The position numbers and the translations under genes were made by a program. A stretch of 64,000 nt of DNA from an uncultured virus (IMG/VR IMGVR_UViG_3300031414_000017) (Duplodnaviria > Heunggongvirae > Uroviricota > Caudoviricetes), in the IMG/VR virus record IMGVR_UViG_3300031414_000017. One strand, 5' to 3'. The notes beneath the pieces were generated by a model. It ran no database searches, had not been told where the DNA came from, and was given only the letters and a program-made list of their open reading frames with translations. Below, in pieces: positions 38,640 to 47,287 of the stretch (its first letter is position 1; each line of letters opens with the position of its first letter).

Positions 38640-38692
38640 ACACTAGCTCCCGAATGTATGTATCACGACAATTCACGACTCAGGAGTATTTC

Positions 38693-39646
38693 ATGCCCAT
38701 TATCAGACTGTCAGTTGGTGTGCTAAAGACCCAAGAGTTTGCACATCTTGCTGATAACCCCAAATTGTGGACGCGCCTTAAAGCGCTTATTAAAGATGAA
38801 AGCCAACGGGTCTACGCGTTGGTCACCGCCGGGGGTATCCCTCAGGCGTACGCGGTGTGTAGCTACACCGATGGCTCGACCTCGCTTTTGTGCAGCTATT
38901 TCGAAGACCTCGTACCGAACAGCATTAACCGTCCGTTCTGGTTAGCGCTACTCGACTACACCGGCTTTGACGTGCTGCGTATTGTGGCCCCGACAGAAGC
39001 AGTAGGTGAAATCGTTAAGGGTTACGAGTTCAAGCTGGTTGAAGAGATGTGGGTCGGCAATGTTACCCCTTACCGTGACTTCCCGGTCTCGCAAAACATC
39101 CACAGCGTCTCAGGCGATGCGTTCTATAAGCTCAGCGAAGAAGACGTCAAGGATTTGCACGAACTCATCTGGGCGTGCACCCTTGATGAAATCAACGCCG
39201 ATGTGTTAGGGCGTCGTCTCTCGCAGATGATTCCCCACGGCATGGATGAAGTGCTAAACCGTACGGGTGATTACCATTACGAAGTGTTTGTGCTGCGCGA
39301 GCCTGAGCTGAAGAATAAAATCATCGGCTTTGCTTACTGTCACAAACTCGAACCGGGTTACATTGCGGTTGGGGGTCTTGGCGTGCGTCGTGACCTGCGC
39401 GGTAAACGTCACGGTCGTAAACTGGCGGCGGCGGTATTGGAACACGCATCGGGTATGGCGGATAAGGTGTACGCAACAGTGCTGGCGGAGAACGCAGAGT
39501 CTCGTCATCTCTTTGCAAACGTCTTGAAGTTCAAGCCGGTGATGTCCGTTTACGGTATCACACGCGATGAAGTTGAGAAGCCTGTACCACACGTAACCAA
39601 GGTTGCTGCTGCGAAGCGCACCAAACAGATACTGGGGCTGTTGTAG
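38693..39646 (+). CDS. Tandem-GNAT acetyltransferase (intact C-terminal domain)
   Basis: LGVRRDLRGKRHGRKLA motif A, VLAENAESRHLF motif B; start MPII with AGGAG RBS. Confidence 0.8.
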   Translation: MPIIRLSVGVLKTQEFAHLADNPKLWTRLKALIKDESQRVYALVTAGGIPQAYAVCSYTDGSTSLLCSYFEDLVPNSINRPFWLALLDYTGFDVLRIVAPTEAVGEIVKGYEFKLVEEMWVGNVTPYRDFPVSQNIHSVSGDAFYKLSEEDVKDLHELIWACTLDEINADVLGRRLSQMIPHGMDEVLNRTGDYHYEVFVLREPELKNKIIGFAYCHKLEPGYIAVGGLGVRRDLRGKRHGRKLAAAVLEHASGMADKVYATVLAENAESRHLFANVLKFKPVMSVYGITRDEVEKPVPHVTKVAAAKRTKQILGLL

Positions 39647-39725
39647 TCCAACGGTACGTCTAACTATTATAAAAGGGTGAGCGACGCTCTGGAGAGCTTA
39701 CAGGGCGTCTGACGAGGTATTTCGG

Positions 39726-40547
39726 ATGAAGCGATCGTTTATAAAATGGATGGGGGGTAAATCCCGTGTAATGGATGCGCTGAAGCACCATCTTCCCAAA
39801 GGTGACGTGTTCATTGAACCGTTTGTCGGAGGGGGGTCGGTATTTCTGAACACCGACTATCCTGAATACATTTTAGCCGATTCAAATCCCGACCTGATTC
39901 AGTTAATGGAAGTGGCCGCTAACCAACCGGCTTTATTAATTGAACAGGCCAAACTGTTGTTTAGCAGCGGCGGACGTGACGATTACATGTCACAACGTAC
40001 TGCGTTTAACACCCGGGATGGGGAGCCGCATGTTCGGGCTGCCATGTTCCTGTTTTTGAATCGCCATGGATATAACGGCCTGTGCCGTTACAATAAGTCT
40101 GGGGGGTATAACGTCCCGTACGGTAGCCACTCCAGTCCGCCTTATCTGCCTGAGAAGGAGATTCTCGAGTTTGCAGAGAAGGTGAAGAAAAGCAAAGTGA
40201 CTTTCTTGTGTGCTGATTTTCAGCAGACCGTTGCACTCGCACAGCAGCAGAATAAGCGCAAGGTGGTCATCTATTGTGACCCGCCTTACGTACCCAGTAG
40301 CAAGACCTCGTCCTTTGCACAATACCACAAGAACGAATTTGGCCAAGCTGACCATCGAACATTGGCGACTGCGCTGATGGACGCCAGTCGTGCCGGCGCT
40401 AAAGTGGTACTGTCGAACTCCGATACGGTTCTGACCCGCGACATCTATCACGGCTTTACCTTTCACACGGTACAAGTCGGGAGACACATGGCGGCAAAGA
40501 AAGAGAAACGGGGTAAAGTGATTGAAGTGATTGCAACACTATTCTGA
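39726..40547 (+). CDS. dam: DNA adenine methyltransferase, Dam/D12 class
   Basis: KWMGGKS, EPFVGGGSVF, YNGLCRYNKSGGYNVPYG, catalytic YCDPPY, VLSNS. Confidence 0.95.
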   Translation: MKRSFIKWMGGKSRVMDALKHHLPKGDVFIEPFVGGGSVFLNTDYPEYILADSNPDLIQLMEVAANQPALLIEQAKLLFSSGGRDDYMSQRTAFNTRDGEPHVRAAMFLFLNRHGYNGLCRYNKSGGYNVPYGSHSSPPYLPEKEILEFAEKVKKSKVTFLCADFQQTVALAQQQNKRKVVIYCDPPYVPSSKTSSFAQYHKNEFGQADHRTLATALMDASRAGAKVVLSNSDTVLTRDIYHGFTFHTVQVGRHMAAKKEKRGKVIEVIATLF

Positions 40548-40556
40548 GAGGGGCCT

Positions 40557-41387
40557 ATGCGAGTTTACGATCTACGCGACCAAACCACACACCGTGAGAA
40601 GGTCACCTTTAACGGGGCCATTACCCAGATAGGCAATGTGTACCGGGCTGTCCAACACTTACTGGCTGGGAAACTGGTAAGTAGCGAAGTGTTCCTTGTG
40701 GTCACCCGCGGTAATATCGCACAGATGATTTTCACCTGTGACCGTGATAATACCAGTTTGTATATCCACAGCGTGACACCTTTGTGCGACACACCCTTTA
40801 CTAATTGGAAGATGTTACTGAAGCACCTCGATTGTGAGGTTGTGGATGTGACCTGTAATCCGCACGATTATGAACGGCACGATGATTGCAGGAAGATGGG
40901 ACTCGTTAACCTGAGCCAACGGGTCAAGTTCGTGGTGGGGCGTCAAGCACCTCTCGTGGACATGGTCTACTGGCAACTGGATGACATCACACTGACGCAG
41001 TCGGTCGAGCTTGGACGCATTGCGCTCAATCGGACGGGCAAGTTTGGTAAGTCCCTGCTTGAGGGCCTCGCCCTTGGCAACACTACCGGCGTTGTGGTGC
41101 CCAACGATTCTGGCGACATCGTGGGTGCCCTACTCTTTAAGAACGGCGAAAAGGAAATTCAATCAGAAGGCGTTATCATCAATGCAGCGGCAGGTACACC
41201 CGTGTACGTGCAGTGGTTTATGTTGTTGATGAATGCGTTTATACGTGAAGCTAAGCGGTTACGAAAACCGGCCATTGCCTCTTTTGCTCCGGCAATCAAG
41301 GTGGAAATACCCATACCGCATGTTGAGACTACAGTTGTCACCCTCCACTTTGGTTTAGCGGGGCGGGAGACAGGCGCAGTCTTTTAG
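40557..41387 (+). CDS. Degenerate tandem-GNAT-like protein, paralog of 38693
   Basis: VFLVVTRGNIAQMIFTC...TSL...WKMLLKHL aligns with VYALVTAGGIPQAYAVC...TSL...WLALLDYT of 38693. Confidence 0.65.
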   Translation: MRVYDLRDQTTHREKVTFNGAITQIGNVYRAVQHLLAGKLVSSEVFLVVTRGNIAQMIFTCDRDNTSLYIHSVTPLCDTPFTNWKMLLKHLDCEVVDVTCNPHDYERHDDCRKMGLVNLSQRVKFVVGRQAPLVDMVYWQLDDITLTQSVELGRIALNRTGKFGKSLLEGLALGNTTGVVVPNDSGDIVGALLFKNGEKEIQSEGVIINAAAGTPVYVQWFMLLMNAFIREAKRLRKPAIASFAPAIKVEIPIPHVETTVVTLHFGLAGRETGAVF

Positions 41388-41396
41388 GAGAGACTG

Positions 41397-42134
41397 ATGA
41401 TTAATGATATCACCGAGCAGGTTCTGCGTGGCGAGGGCCTTGATGCCCCGTATGCGGATATGGTCAGCGAGTGGCTTGCGCTACCAGCTGAGCAGAAGAC
41501 TGAAAAGCGTGTCTTCATTATCGCCAAAAACCGTTTGATGTTTATGATTATCGACCGCGAGTTTTTAGTGGGTACCGTACAGCAGTACATTGCCCTTAAT
41601 GATGACCCGGCCGATTTGACGATGTTACCGGCGTATTTAGGATTACGTGAGATTCACCTTTATACCCGAGAACCGTCTCTCTATGAACCAGACGGATGGC
41701 GATTGAGCCGGGTTATCATGACGAAAGAAACCGGGTTCTCTACCTCGTTTCCTGTTTCTGTTGAGACGAACGCTGTACTCAGTGAAAACGAGTTATGGGA
41801 TTTCTTAGTGCTGATGCGAGAACAAGGTCAGACCGAAGTGCTAAGAATGCTCGGCGAAGGTACGGCATGCATCCACATCTACCGTGATGGGTCAGAGCGT
41901 GGGTTCATTGTTACAAATGTTGAGGGGCCCCTAGGTCTCTTGGCAATGGTTGGCGAAGGATTCCCAGCGTTTGATGCGCTTATCCGGGCTTTTGATTTTA
42001 TTGCGGGTCAGCGGGGCTACGGCACCGTCGCAGGTACTTATGGCAACCCCTTACTGGGTGTCGCTGCAGAAATTGGGTATGTGCCCACACTCACCACTGT
42101 CATCCTGACAGACCATTTAGCAGAGAAGGAGTAA
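41397..42134 (+). CDS. Degenerate tandem-GNAT-like protein
   Basis: LIRAFDFIAGQRGYGTV...AEIGYVPT C-terminus; YLGLREI...EPSLYEPDGW shared with 45809. Confidence 0.6.
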   Translation: MINDITEQVLRGEGLDAPYADMVSEWLALPAEQKTEKRVFIIAKNRLMFMIIDREFLVGTVQQYIALNDDPADLTMLPAYLGLREIHLYTREPSLYEPDGWRLSRVIMTKETGFSTSFPVSVETNAVLSENELWDFLVLMREQGQTEVLRMLGEGTACIHIYRDGSERGFIVTNVEGPLGLLAMVGEGFPAFDALIRAFDFIAGQRGYGTVAGTYGNPLLGVAAEIGYVPTLTTVILTDHLAEKE

Positions 42135-42136
42135 TA

Positions 42137-42415
42137 ATGCAGATCAATCGTCGTTTGGCAAAAAACAAGGACATCATTTACGAAGTCAAAGATGGTGATG
42201 ATGTCGTGTTCCACGGTGTGGTTGATGCCCTAACCCGTCGTCTCTATATCGTGGTACCCGAAGCCATGACGCGTCCTATTGAACGTGTGGTGGTAAAGCT
42301 TGTTGCGAAGGCCAAGCATCGGGATGGAATTCTCAGTGATTATGCCGTTCATGAGTTTTCTGAGTTTGCTGAAGAAGAAGGCGAAACGCTGATTAGGCAG
42401 AACATCGCTGCTTAA
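42137..42415 (+). CDS. Hypothetical protein
   Basis: 92 aa, AAGGAGTAAT RBS. Confidence 0.7.
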   Translation: MQINRRLAKNKDIIYEVKDGDDVVFHGVVDALTRRLYIVVPEAMTRPIERVVVKLVAKAKHRDGILSDYAVHEFSEFAEEEGETLIRQNIAA

Positions 42416-42448
42416 TTGTATGACCCTACAACTGTTCGAGGTTAGACC

Positions 42449-42907
42449 ATGAAAGTAATCGAACTTGAGCAGCTGCCACAGCATGACTTCGACCAAGGCC
42501 TCCGTGACCAAACGGATGTCACGGGTGAGCAGTTCTGCTCGACCTACAACGAAGTCATCACCGGGGAACCTCTGGACGACGAGCACATGTCGCGTTTTGA
42601 GAAGACTCTGGTGGGGGCGCTGAACGAGCGTGCCGGTGCTGTTGCACTGCTGCACGAACTGGCCTTTGCGGATATCGATCCGTACAATGCAAGGCTGATT
42701 CTGGAAAAGAGTGTCGTCCCATCGGATGAGATTCTGGACAAAGCGGCAGCGGTGCGGGCCAGCATCGACGAGCTTATCGAGGACTATCTGCCTCAGTTAG
42801 CCGAACTCGATGTCACAGGTGATGGCGACAACACTCGCAAGCGCTTGGCCCGTTACGTCATCGCATCGATTCTGTTTGACGATCGCGAAGAAGAAAACGG
42901 CGACTGA
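42449..42907 (+). CDS. Highly acidic hypothetical protein
   Basis: 152 aa, GAGG RBS, D/E far exceed K/R. Confidence 0.75.
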   Translation: MKVIELEQLPQHDFDQGLRDQTDVTGEQFCSTYNEVITGEPLDDEHMSRFEKTLVGALNERAGAVALLHELAFADIDPYNARLILEKSVVPSDEILDKAAAVRASIDELIEDYLPQLAELDVTGDGDNTRKRLARYVIASILFDDREEENGD

Positions 42908-42912
42908 GAATG

Positions 42913-42947
42913 ACCCCTTACCGCAAGGTAGGGGGTTTTCTTTTTTT
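42913..42947 (+). terminator. Rho-independent terminator
   Basis: ACCCCTTACC-GCAA-GGTAGGGGGT followed by a T-tract. Confidence 0.85.
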
Positions 42948-42996
42948 ACACTCTATGCCCTCTTTATGTACAACAACTGAAACGGAGTAATAACCC

Positions 42997-43323
42997 ATGT
43001 GGTTAAGCGCTATCAATCGTGACCTCACGAAATATAAGAATACCACCCTGTCCTCAACGGGCGACCAGGGTCAAGAAATCGAAGTTGGTCTGGGTTATGT
43101 TACCGGCATGGAAGAAGGCCAGTATGTCGTAGAAGACGACCAGCAGAATGAATTCCTGCTGTTCCACCCTGAAGTGGATGTGTCAGAGATTAAACCCCCG
43201 TGTGCGGTGGCGTCGTGGCAAGACCCGTCAAACGGTGAATGGATGTGGGCGGTTGCAGAAATCACTAGCCCGGCAACGTTCAAAATCATCGGCAAGCATC
43301 ACGTTGAGCCGGAACCACACTGA
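42997..43323 (+). CDS. Acidic hypothetical protein
   Basis: 108 aa, GGAGTAAT RBS. Confidence 0.7.
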   Translation: MWLSAINRDLTKYKNTTLSSTGDQGQEIEVGLGYVTGMEEGQYVVEDDQQNEFLLFHPEVDVSEIKPPCAVASWQDPSNGEWMWAVAEITSPATFKIIGKHHVEPEPH

Positions 43324-43625
43324 TGCTCAAGTGCGAAGATAATGCAACCGAATGGATGATGGCGTGCTCGCGAGCATTCAATCAGCCGATGGGCGCTGAC
43401 CCCGATACACGGTGGCTGCAGGCTGAATGTGTGAACTTCGACAAGGAAGTTGTTGAATTCAAAAACAGCGTCAACGGTTTCCATTTTGATATCGACACAG
43501 AGCTCTTTTCGCTGATCCCCCATATCGGCGCAGTGGTCAATATTGACCCCGTGCACTACGCGGTTTTCTATAATCAACCGCAGTCCGGTGGCCGCATCGA
43601 TTTGATCGCTGGTCGTCCACGTTAG
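43323..43625 (+). CDS. Hypothetical protein
   Basis: 100 aa, TGATG coupling to the previous gene. Confidence 0.65.
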   Translation: MLKCEDNATEWMMACSRAFNQPMGADPDTRWLQAECVNFDKEVVEFKNSVNGFHFDIDTELFSLIPHIGAVVNIDPVHYAVFYNQPQSGGRIDLIAGRPR

Positions 43626-43630
43626 CAGTG

Positions 43631-43669
43631 CTCCCTACCTTAACGGGTAGGGAGTCTGTATTTCATTTC
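43631..43669 (+). terminator. Probable terminator
   Basis: CTCCCTACC...GGTAGGGAG with a T-rich tail. Confidence 0.7.
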
Positions 43670-43689
43670 AGATAGATATTATTTTCACG
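43670..43689 (+). promoter_or_regulatory. Class I promoter-like motif
   Basis: AGATAGATATTAT preceded by TTTC. Confidence 0.65.
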
Positions 43690-43718
43690 AACCAATCCTT
43701 TCACTCTCAGGAGTCAGC

Positions 43719-43982
43719 ATGTTTACTCGTTACAATGTCGTGGGCAAGAAAGGCTCACAGCTTAAACTCCAAGAACGCTTAGGCGTCATGGAGAAACCAC
43801 GCGAATTAAAGACGCGGGACATCAACATCCCGAATCACGCTTACAGCAAAGTGGCCCTCGGTGATGTTCTGGCCCTGCCAACCGAACTTGACACCGGTTC
43901 TGAGGCGTGGAGCACTGCGGATATTCAGCACAGCCCCAACGCCATGACCCGTCAGTTCCCGTTACTGCGGCGGGGTGTGTAA
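43719..43982 (+). CDS. Hypothetical protein
   Basis: 87 aa, AGGAG RBS. Confidence 0.7.
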   Translation: MFTRYNVVGKKGSQLKLQERLGVMEKPRELKTRDINIPNHAYSKVALGDVLALPTELDTGSEAWSTADIQHSPNAMTRQFPLLRRGV

Positions 43983-44467
43983 TGGACTTCGCTGTCGTTG
44001 ACACTAAAACACTGGTGCGCATGAAGAAAGCCGCCTCCATTGTGCTGGCCACCGAGCGCATCATTGACCCCGGCATCGCGGAACACTGTAAGCTCTTAAA
44101 CGGCGTGCCCGGCATTGCCACACTCTGGTCTTGCGAGGGGCACAAAGCTTCTAGTCCGGCCAAGCCTAATAAGCCGTACCTCGTACTGGCTTGTTCTCAG
44201 GTGGGTCGTCCGTTCCTCAATGCACTGGTGAAGAACCTCATCGGTGACCCTATCGAATGTTACACCCAGATAACGCTGAAGATGTTGGAGCTCCCGTGGG
44301 TGGGTAACAGTGGTGACTTCCAACTGGTTACATCAGAACTGCCCGAAGATTACTATTACGCATGGGGTATTCATTCTATCGTTCGAACCGACGATTTGAA
44401 TTTCTACCAATCCCTACGCGATGAGTGGCTCGCCGCCATCAAGAAAACCATCGAACAATTTTCATAA
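43982..44467 (+). CDS. TYW3/Taw3-like protein 1
   Basis: IDPGIAEHCKLLNGVPGIATLWSCEGH resembles the TYW3 N-terminal motif D..I..L...IN.....TTSSCSGR; TAATG coupling. Confidence 0.55.
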   Translation: MDFAVVDTKTLVRMKKAASIVLATERIIDPGIAEHCKLLNGVPGIATLWSCEGHKASSPAKPNKPYLVLACSQVGRPFLNALVKNLIGDPIECYTQITLKMLELPWVGNSGDFQLVTSELPEDYYYAWGIHSIVRTDDLNFYQSLRDEWLAAIKKTIEQFS

Positions 44468-44476
44468 GGACCGATA

Positions 44477-44929
44477 ATGTTTGCCAATACCACCGTCAGC
44501 GAAGAGATGCTGACTTTCTTCTCCTCCCGTACCCAAGCGCAGTTAACGACCGGTGGGGTTATTGACACCCCCATGGTGCCTGTGATTGAAAGCCTTAACC
44601 AGTTACCACATGTTGCGACTGTGCTCTGCTGTGGCGGGCATATCCGTGTGGAGAATGGCAAACGGCGGACCCGTACGCCCCACCACGTTATGCTTGTGGT
44701 GGATGCAGTGGGTTATAAGACCTTAGAGCGCATTTACCGTTTGTGGCAGGAAACCGAATACGCCGACAGTATCCATCTGTGCGTGTCCCGGTTATTGCAC
44801 ATGCGGGAAAGTGGCTTTAAAGGCTATTACCCAGTGTGGAAGTTTCAACTTAACCTGCGCCCGGAACCTGAGATTGTGGAAGGGGTCTGTGCGGCGTGGG
44901 TGCGTATCGCTAATGCCTGTAAGGAGTAA
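44477..44929 (+). CDS. TYW3/Taw3-like protein 2
   Basis: GGVIDTPMVPVIESLNQLPHVATVLCCGGH; paralog of 43982. Confidence 0.55.
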   Translation: MFANTTVSEEMLTFFSSRTQAQLTTGGVIDTPMVPVIESLNQLPHVATVLCCGGHIRVENGKRRTRTPHHVMLVVDAVGYKTLERIYRLWQETEYADSIHLCVSRLLHMRESGFKGYYPVWKFQLNLRPEPEIVEGVCAAWVRIANACKE

Positions 44930-44931
44930 TC

Positions 44932-45372
44932 ATGAAAATCACCACAGTAGAATGTTTTGAGTCGCTTCTCCGTGATAAGTTCGGCAAGTTCCCCAGTTTC
45001 GAACCTCTCATTGTTCCATTGGTGAAGCACGGGCGCATCCTTTACACCGCAAAGAAAAACAGATCGTTGGATGGTTATCACAACACCCTCTACGGCTTTC
45101 CAGGCGGTTTCCAATTCTTCTACACCCGTAAACATCTTCGTGATGCCTTCCCGGGACATTGGGCTGGGTTGGCGCTTACTCCGGGTATGGTGTTAGATTT
45201 GCTCAGTTTGACGAATCTTCCCACCGACAAAATCGACGTGGTAGAAATAACCCCTACTCACGTTAAATTACGCGCAAGGCCAGATAACTTAGTATTTATT
45301 GGGGCAGTGGCTATGAAGCGTACCTACGTGACGATAACTAATGCAGTGAGGGCAAAGAATGATTCGAACTGA
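44932..45372 (+). CDS. Hypothetical protein resembling the tail-family domain
   Basis: YTRKHLRDAF...LPTDKI...VKLRARPDNLVFIG; GTAAGGAGTAAT RBS. Confidence 0.65.
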   Translation: MKITTVECFESLLRDKFGKFPSFEPLIVPLVKHGRILYTAKKNRSLDGYHNTLYGFPGGFQFFYTRKHLRDAFPGHWAGLALTPGMVLDLLSLTNLPTDKIDVVEITPTHVKLRARPDNLVFIGAVAMKRTYVTITNAVRAKNDSN

Positions 45373-45766
45373 ACGTCAAGAACTGCTACGTTGCCTCACG
45401 TCATGGTCAATCATCCCCGAGGTAATCAAAGGGGAGAACGGTCAGAAGTTCATGCAACACGCGCGCTTGCTATTCAACTGCCAGAAGACCGGCAAAATGG
45501 TTTTCGGACGCCGGGCAGGTTTCAAACTGGAAGTGGGTCGTCTCCACATCCAAACCGCGATTGATGACAAACATCGCGATGGTTACACGGCAGTGCGCAA
45601 TGTCACCTTAGACGACGAGTTCCTGCGCGAGACCTACGAAGTGTTGGGTGTGCGTCCCGACGCCGTCAAAAGTCTTCGCCACGTCAAAGACGGTATCGAA
45701 ATCGTTATCCAGCCAAGCTCGATTAACTATTACGGCCGTGGTGTGTTCCCTTATCCCAAACGCTAG
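45359..45766 (+). CDS. Hypothetical protein, paralog of 44932
   Basis: FGRRAGFKLEVGRLHI...LGVRPDAV...IEIVIQPSSINYYG. Confidence 0.65.
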   Translation: MIRTERQELLRCLTSWSIIPEVIKGENGQKFMQHARLLFNCQKTGKMVFGRRAGFKLEVGRLHIQTAIDDKHRDGYTAVRNVTLDDEFLRETYEVLGVRPDAVKSLRHVKDGIEIVIQPSSINYYGRGVFPYPKR

Positions 45767-45794
45767 CCTCTGGGCTAGCTTTCTTATTTTTATT
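45762..45794 (+). terminator. Rho-independent terminator
   Basis: GCTAGCC-TCTG-GGCTAGC followed by a T-tract. Confidence 0.75.
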
Positions 45795-45808
45795 CGCAAG
45801 GAGTAATC

Positions 45809-46576
45809 ATGTATACCTTTAAAGAGAAAACCCAAGAGTTGCTGGATTTGAACTGGGCGCAAGAGAAAGGCTTAGTTGCCCAACGCACACAAGCGATTCA
45901 GACCATTGGGGAGCGCCAATCTGCTGGCACGGTGATTCGTTTTGTCGAGTTCTATAACGATGACGAGCAAGTGGGCTGGGGTCTTATTGGCGACGATGTG
46001 GGTGTGGTTGAGCTGTTAGATGCGGCAGTCGATATCACGCGCTTTAAGAACGGCATCCCTGAACTGGTGAAGTTCTTGGGTCGCGAAGATATGCAGAAGT
46101 GGGTGAAGACAGAAGACCCGAATCTCTACGAGGCGGGATTTACCCACGCGGAAGCGAGTTACGTGGCAAAGGCAAAACCACGCCCTGCGTTCATTGAATT
46201 CGACAGCTTCGACATGTCGCCACCTGAAGGCCCGTTAGATTTGTCGGGCCTCGATCCACAATCCCCGTTTGCCATCGTCATGCGGCTGAATCCCCACGTG
46301 GCACGTTTTGATGTCGCCGGGGTAACGTACTTCATGGCGGTGTTGCCTCCGACTCAACACTCCCCGAACCGCTGGATTTCTTCTATTGTTCTCAGCCACG
46401 CAGGGAAAGTCCCGACAGCGCACTATAAAGAGATGATTAACCAAATCCTCAACCATATTCCAGAAGGGGATTTCCTTGTCGGGCTGGTTGATAACAACGG
46501 CCCGTACGTCATGCCGCTGTTCGAATTGGGTTTTGTACCTGAAGGCTACACCTTTAAATGCACGGTCAGTAAGTAG
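45809..46576 (+). CDS. Degenerate tandem-GNAT-like protein
   Basis: Two halves ending LYEAGF and VDNNGPYVMPLFELGFVP, both resembling GNAT motif B. Confidence 0.6.
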   Translation: MYTFKEKTQELLDLNWAQEKGLVAQRTQAIQTIGERQSAGTVIRFVEFYNDDEQVGWGLIGDDVGVVELLDAAVDITRFKNGIPELVKFLGREDMQKWVKTEDPNLYEAGFTHAEASYVAKAKPRPAFIEFDSFDMSPPEGPLDLSGLDPQSPFAIVMRLNPHVARFDVAGVTYFMAVLPPTQHSPNRWISSIVLSHAGKVPTAHYKEMINQILNHIPEGDFLVGLVDNNGPYVMPLFELGFVPEGYTFKCTVSK

Positions 46577-46625
46577 TCCCGTTTTTCACGTATTAGACGT
46601 TTCTAATGTAAGGAGAATATACGCA

Positions 46626-47249
46626 ATGGCAACCCCAAAGAAACGTAACAAAAAATATAACCGTGCCAAGTCCATGGACGGCATTGCACTCAGTGGCGCA
46701 CAAAACGCCCTGAACCGCATTGCTTTCGTGGGCAGCTCTATCCGACCGCTTGCCCCTTATGGCGGGCGGTCTTTTCAATTAACATCCTCCGGCAACATGC
46801 GTATCGCGGTTGCTGAGATTCTGACCTCCTCCCTGTTTGAAGAAGCACGGGATTGGCGGGCATGGATTCTGCACCTTTACCAAGAGGGCGAGGCTATCAC
46901 AGCAGAGAGCATGACCTTGACGTTGCCGGAGTACACACTGGCAGACTTCACGGAACATGCTGACTTGCTTATCGCACAAACCCGCGACGAAGAGCAGAAC
47001 TATTACGGTTACGCTATCTTTGCCGCACCGTCCGATAAGTTTGATTTAGAAGCAATGGATGAAGCGCTCACGGAGAACTTCATGCACTCCGGCATTCTGG
47101 ATAAGTCTCAACACTTGTCGCCAGAAGAACACAAAGTGGACAAGGCCTTGATGCTGGCAAAGATTGTCGGCTACCAGACCAAGTTCGATATCAACCGTAA
47201 GCACAGTGTGGAAATGCCTGACAGCTACGTCAAGACCCACGAAGAATAA
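46626..47249 (+). CDS. Hypothetical protein with a basic N-terminus
   Basis: Start MATPKKRNKKYNR with TAAGGAG RBS. Confidence 0.75.
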   Translation: MATPKKRNKKYNRAKSMDGIALSGAQNALNRIAFVGSSIRPLAPYGGRSFQLTSSGNMRIAVAEILTSSLFEEARDWRAWILHLYQEGEAITAESMTLTLPEYTLADFTEHADLLIAQTRDEEQNYYGYAIFAAPSDKFDLEAMDEALTENFMHSGILDKSQHLSPEEHKVDKALMLAKIVGYQTKFDINRKHSVEMPDSYVKTHEE

Positions 47250-47287
47250 ATTGCTTTATTACTCAATTACCCACAAGGATTAATCTC

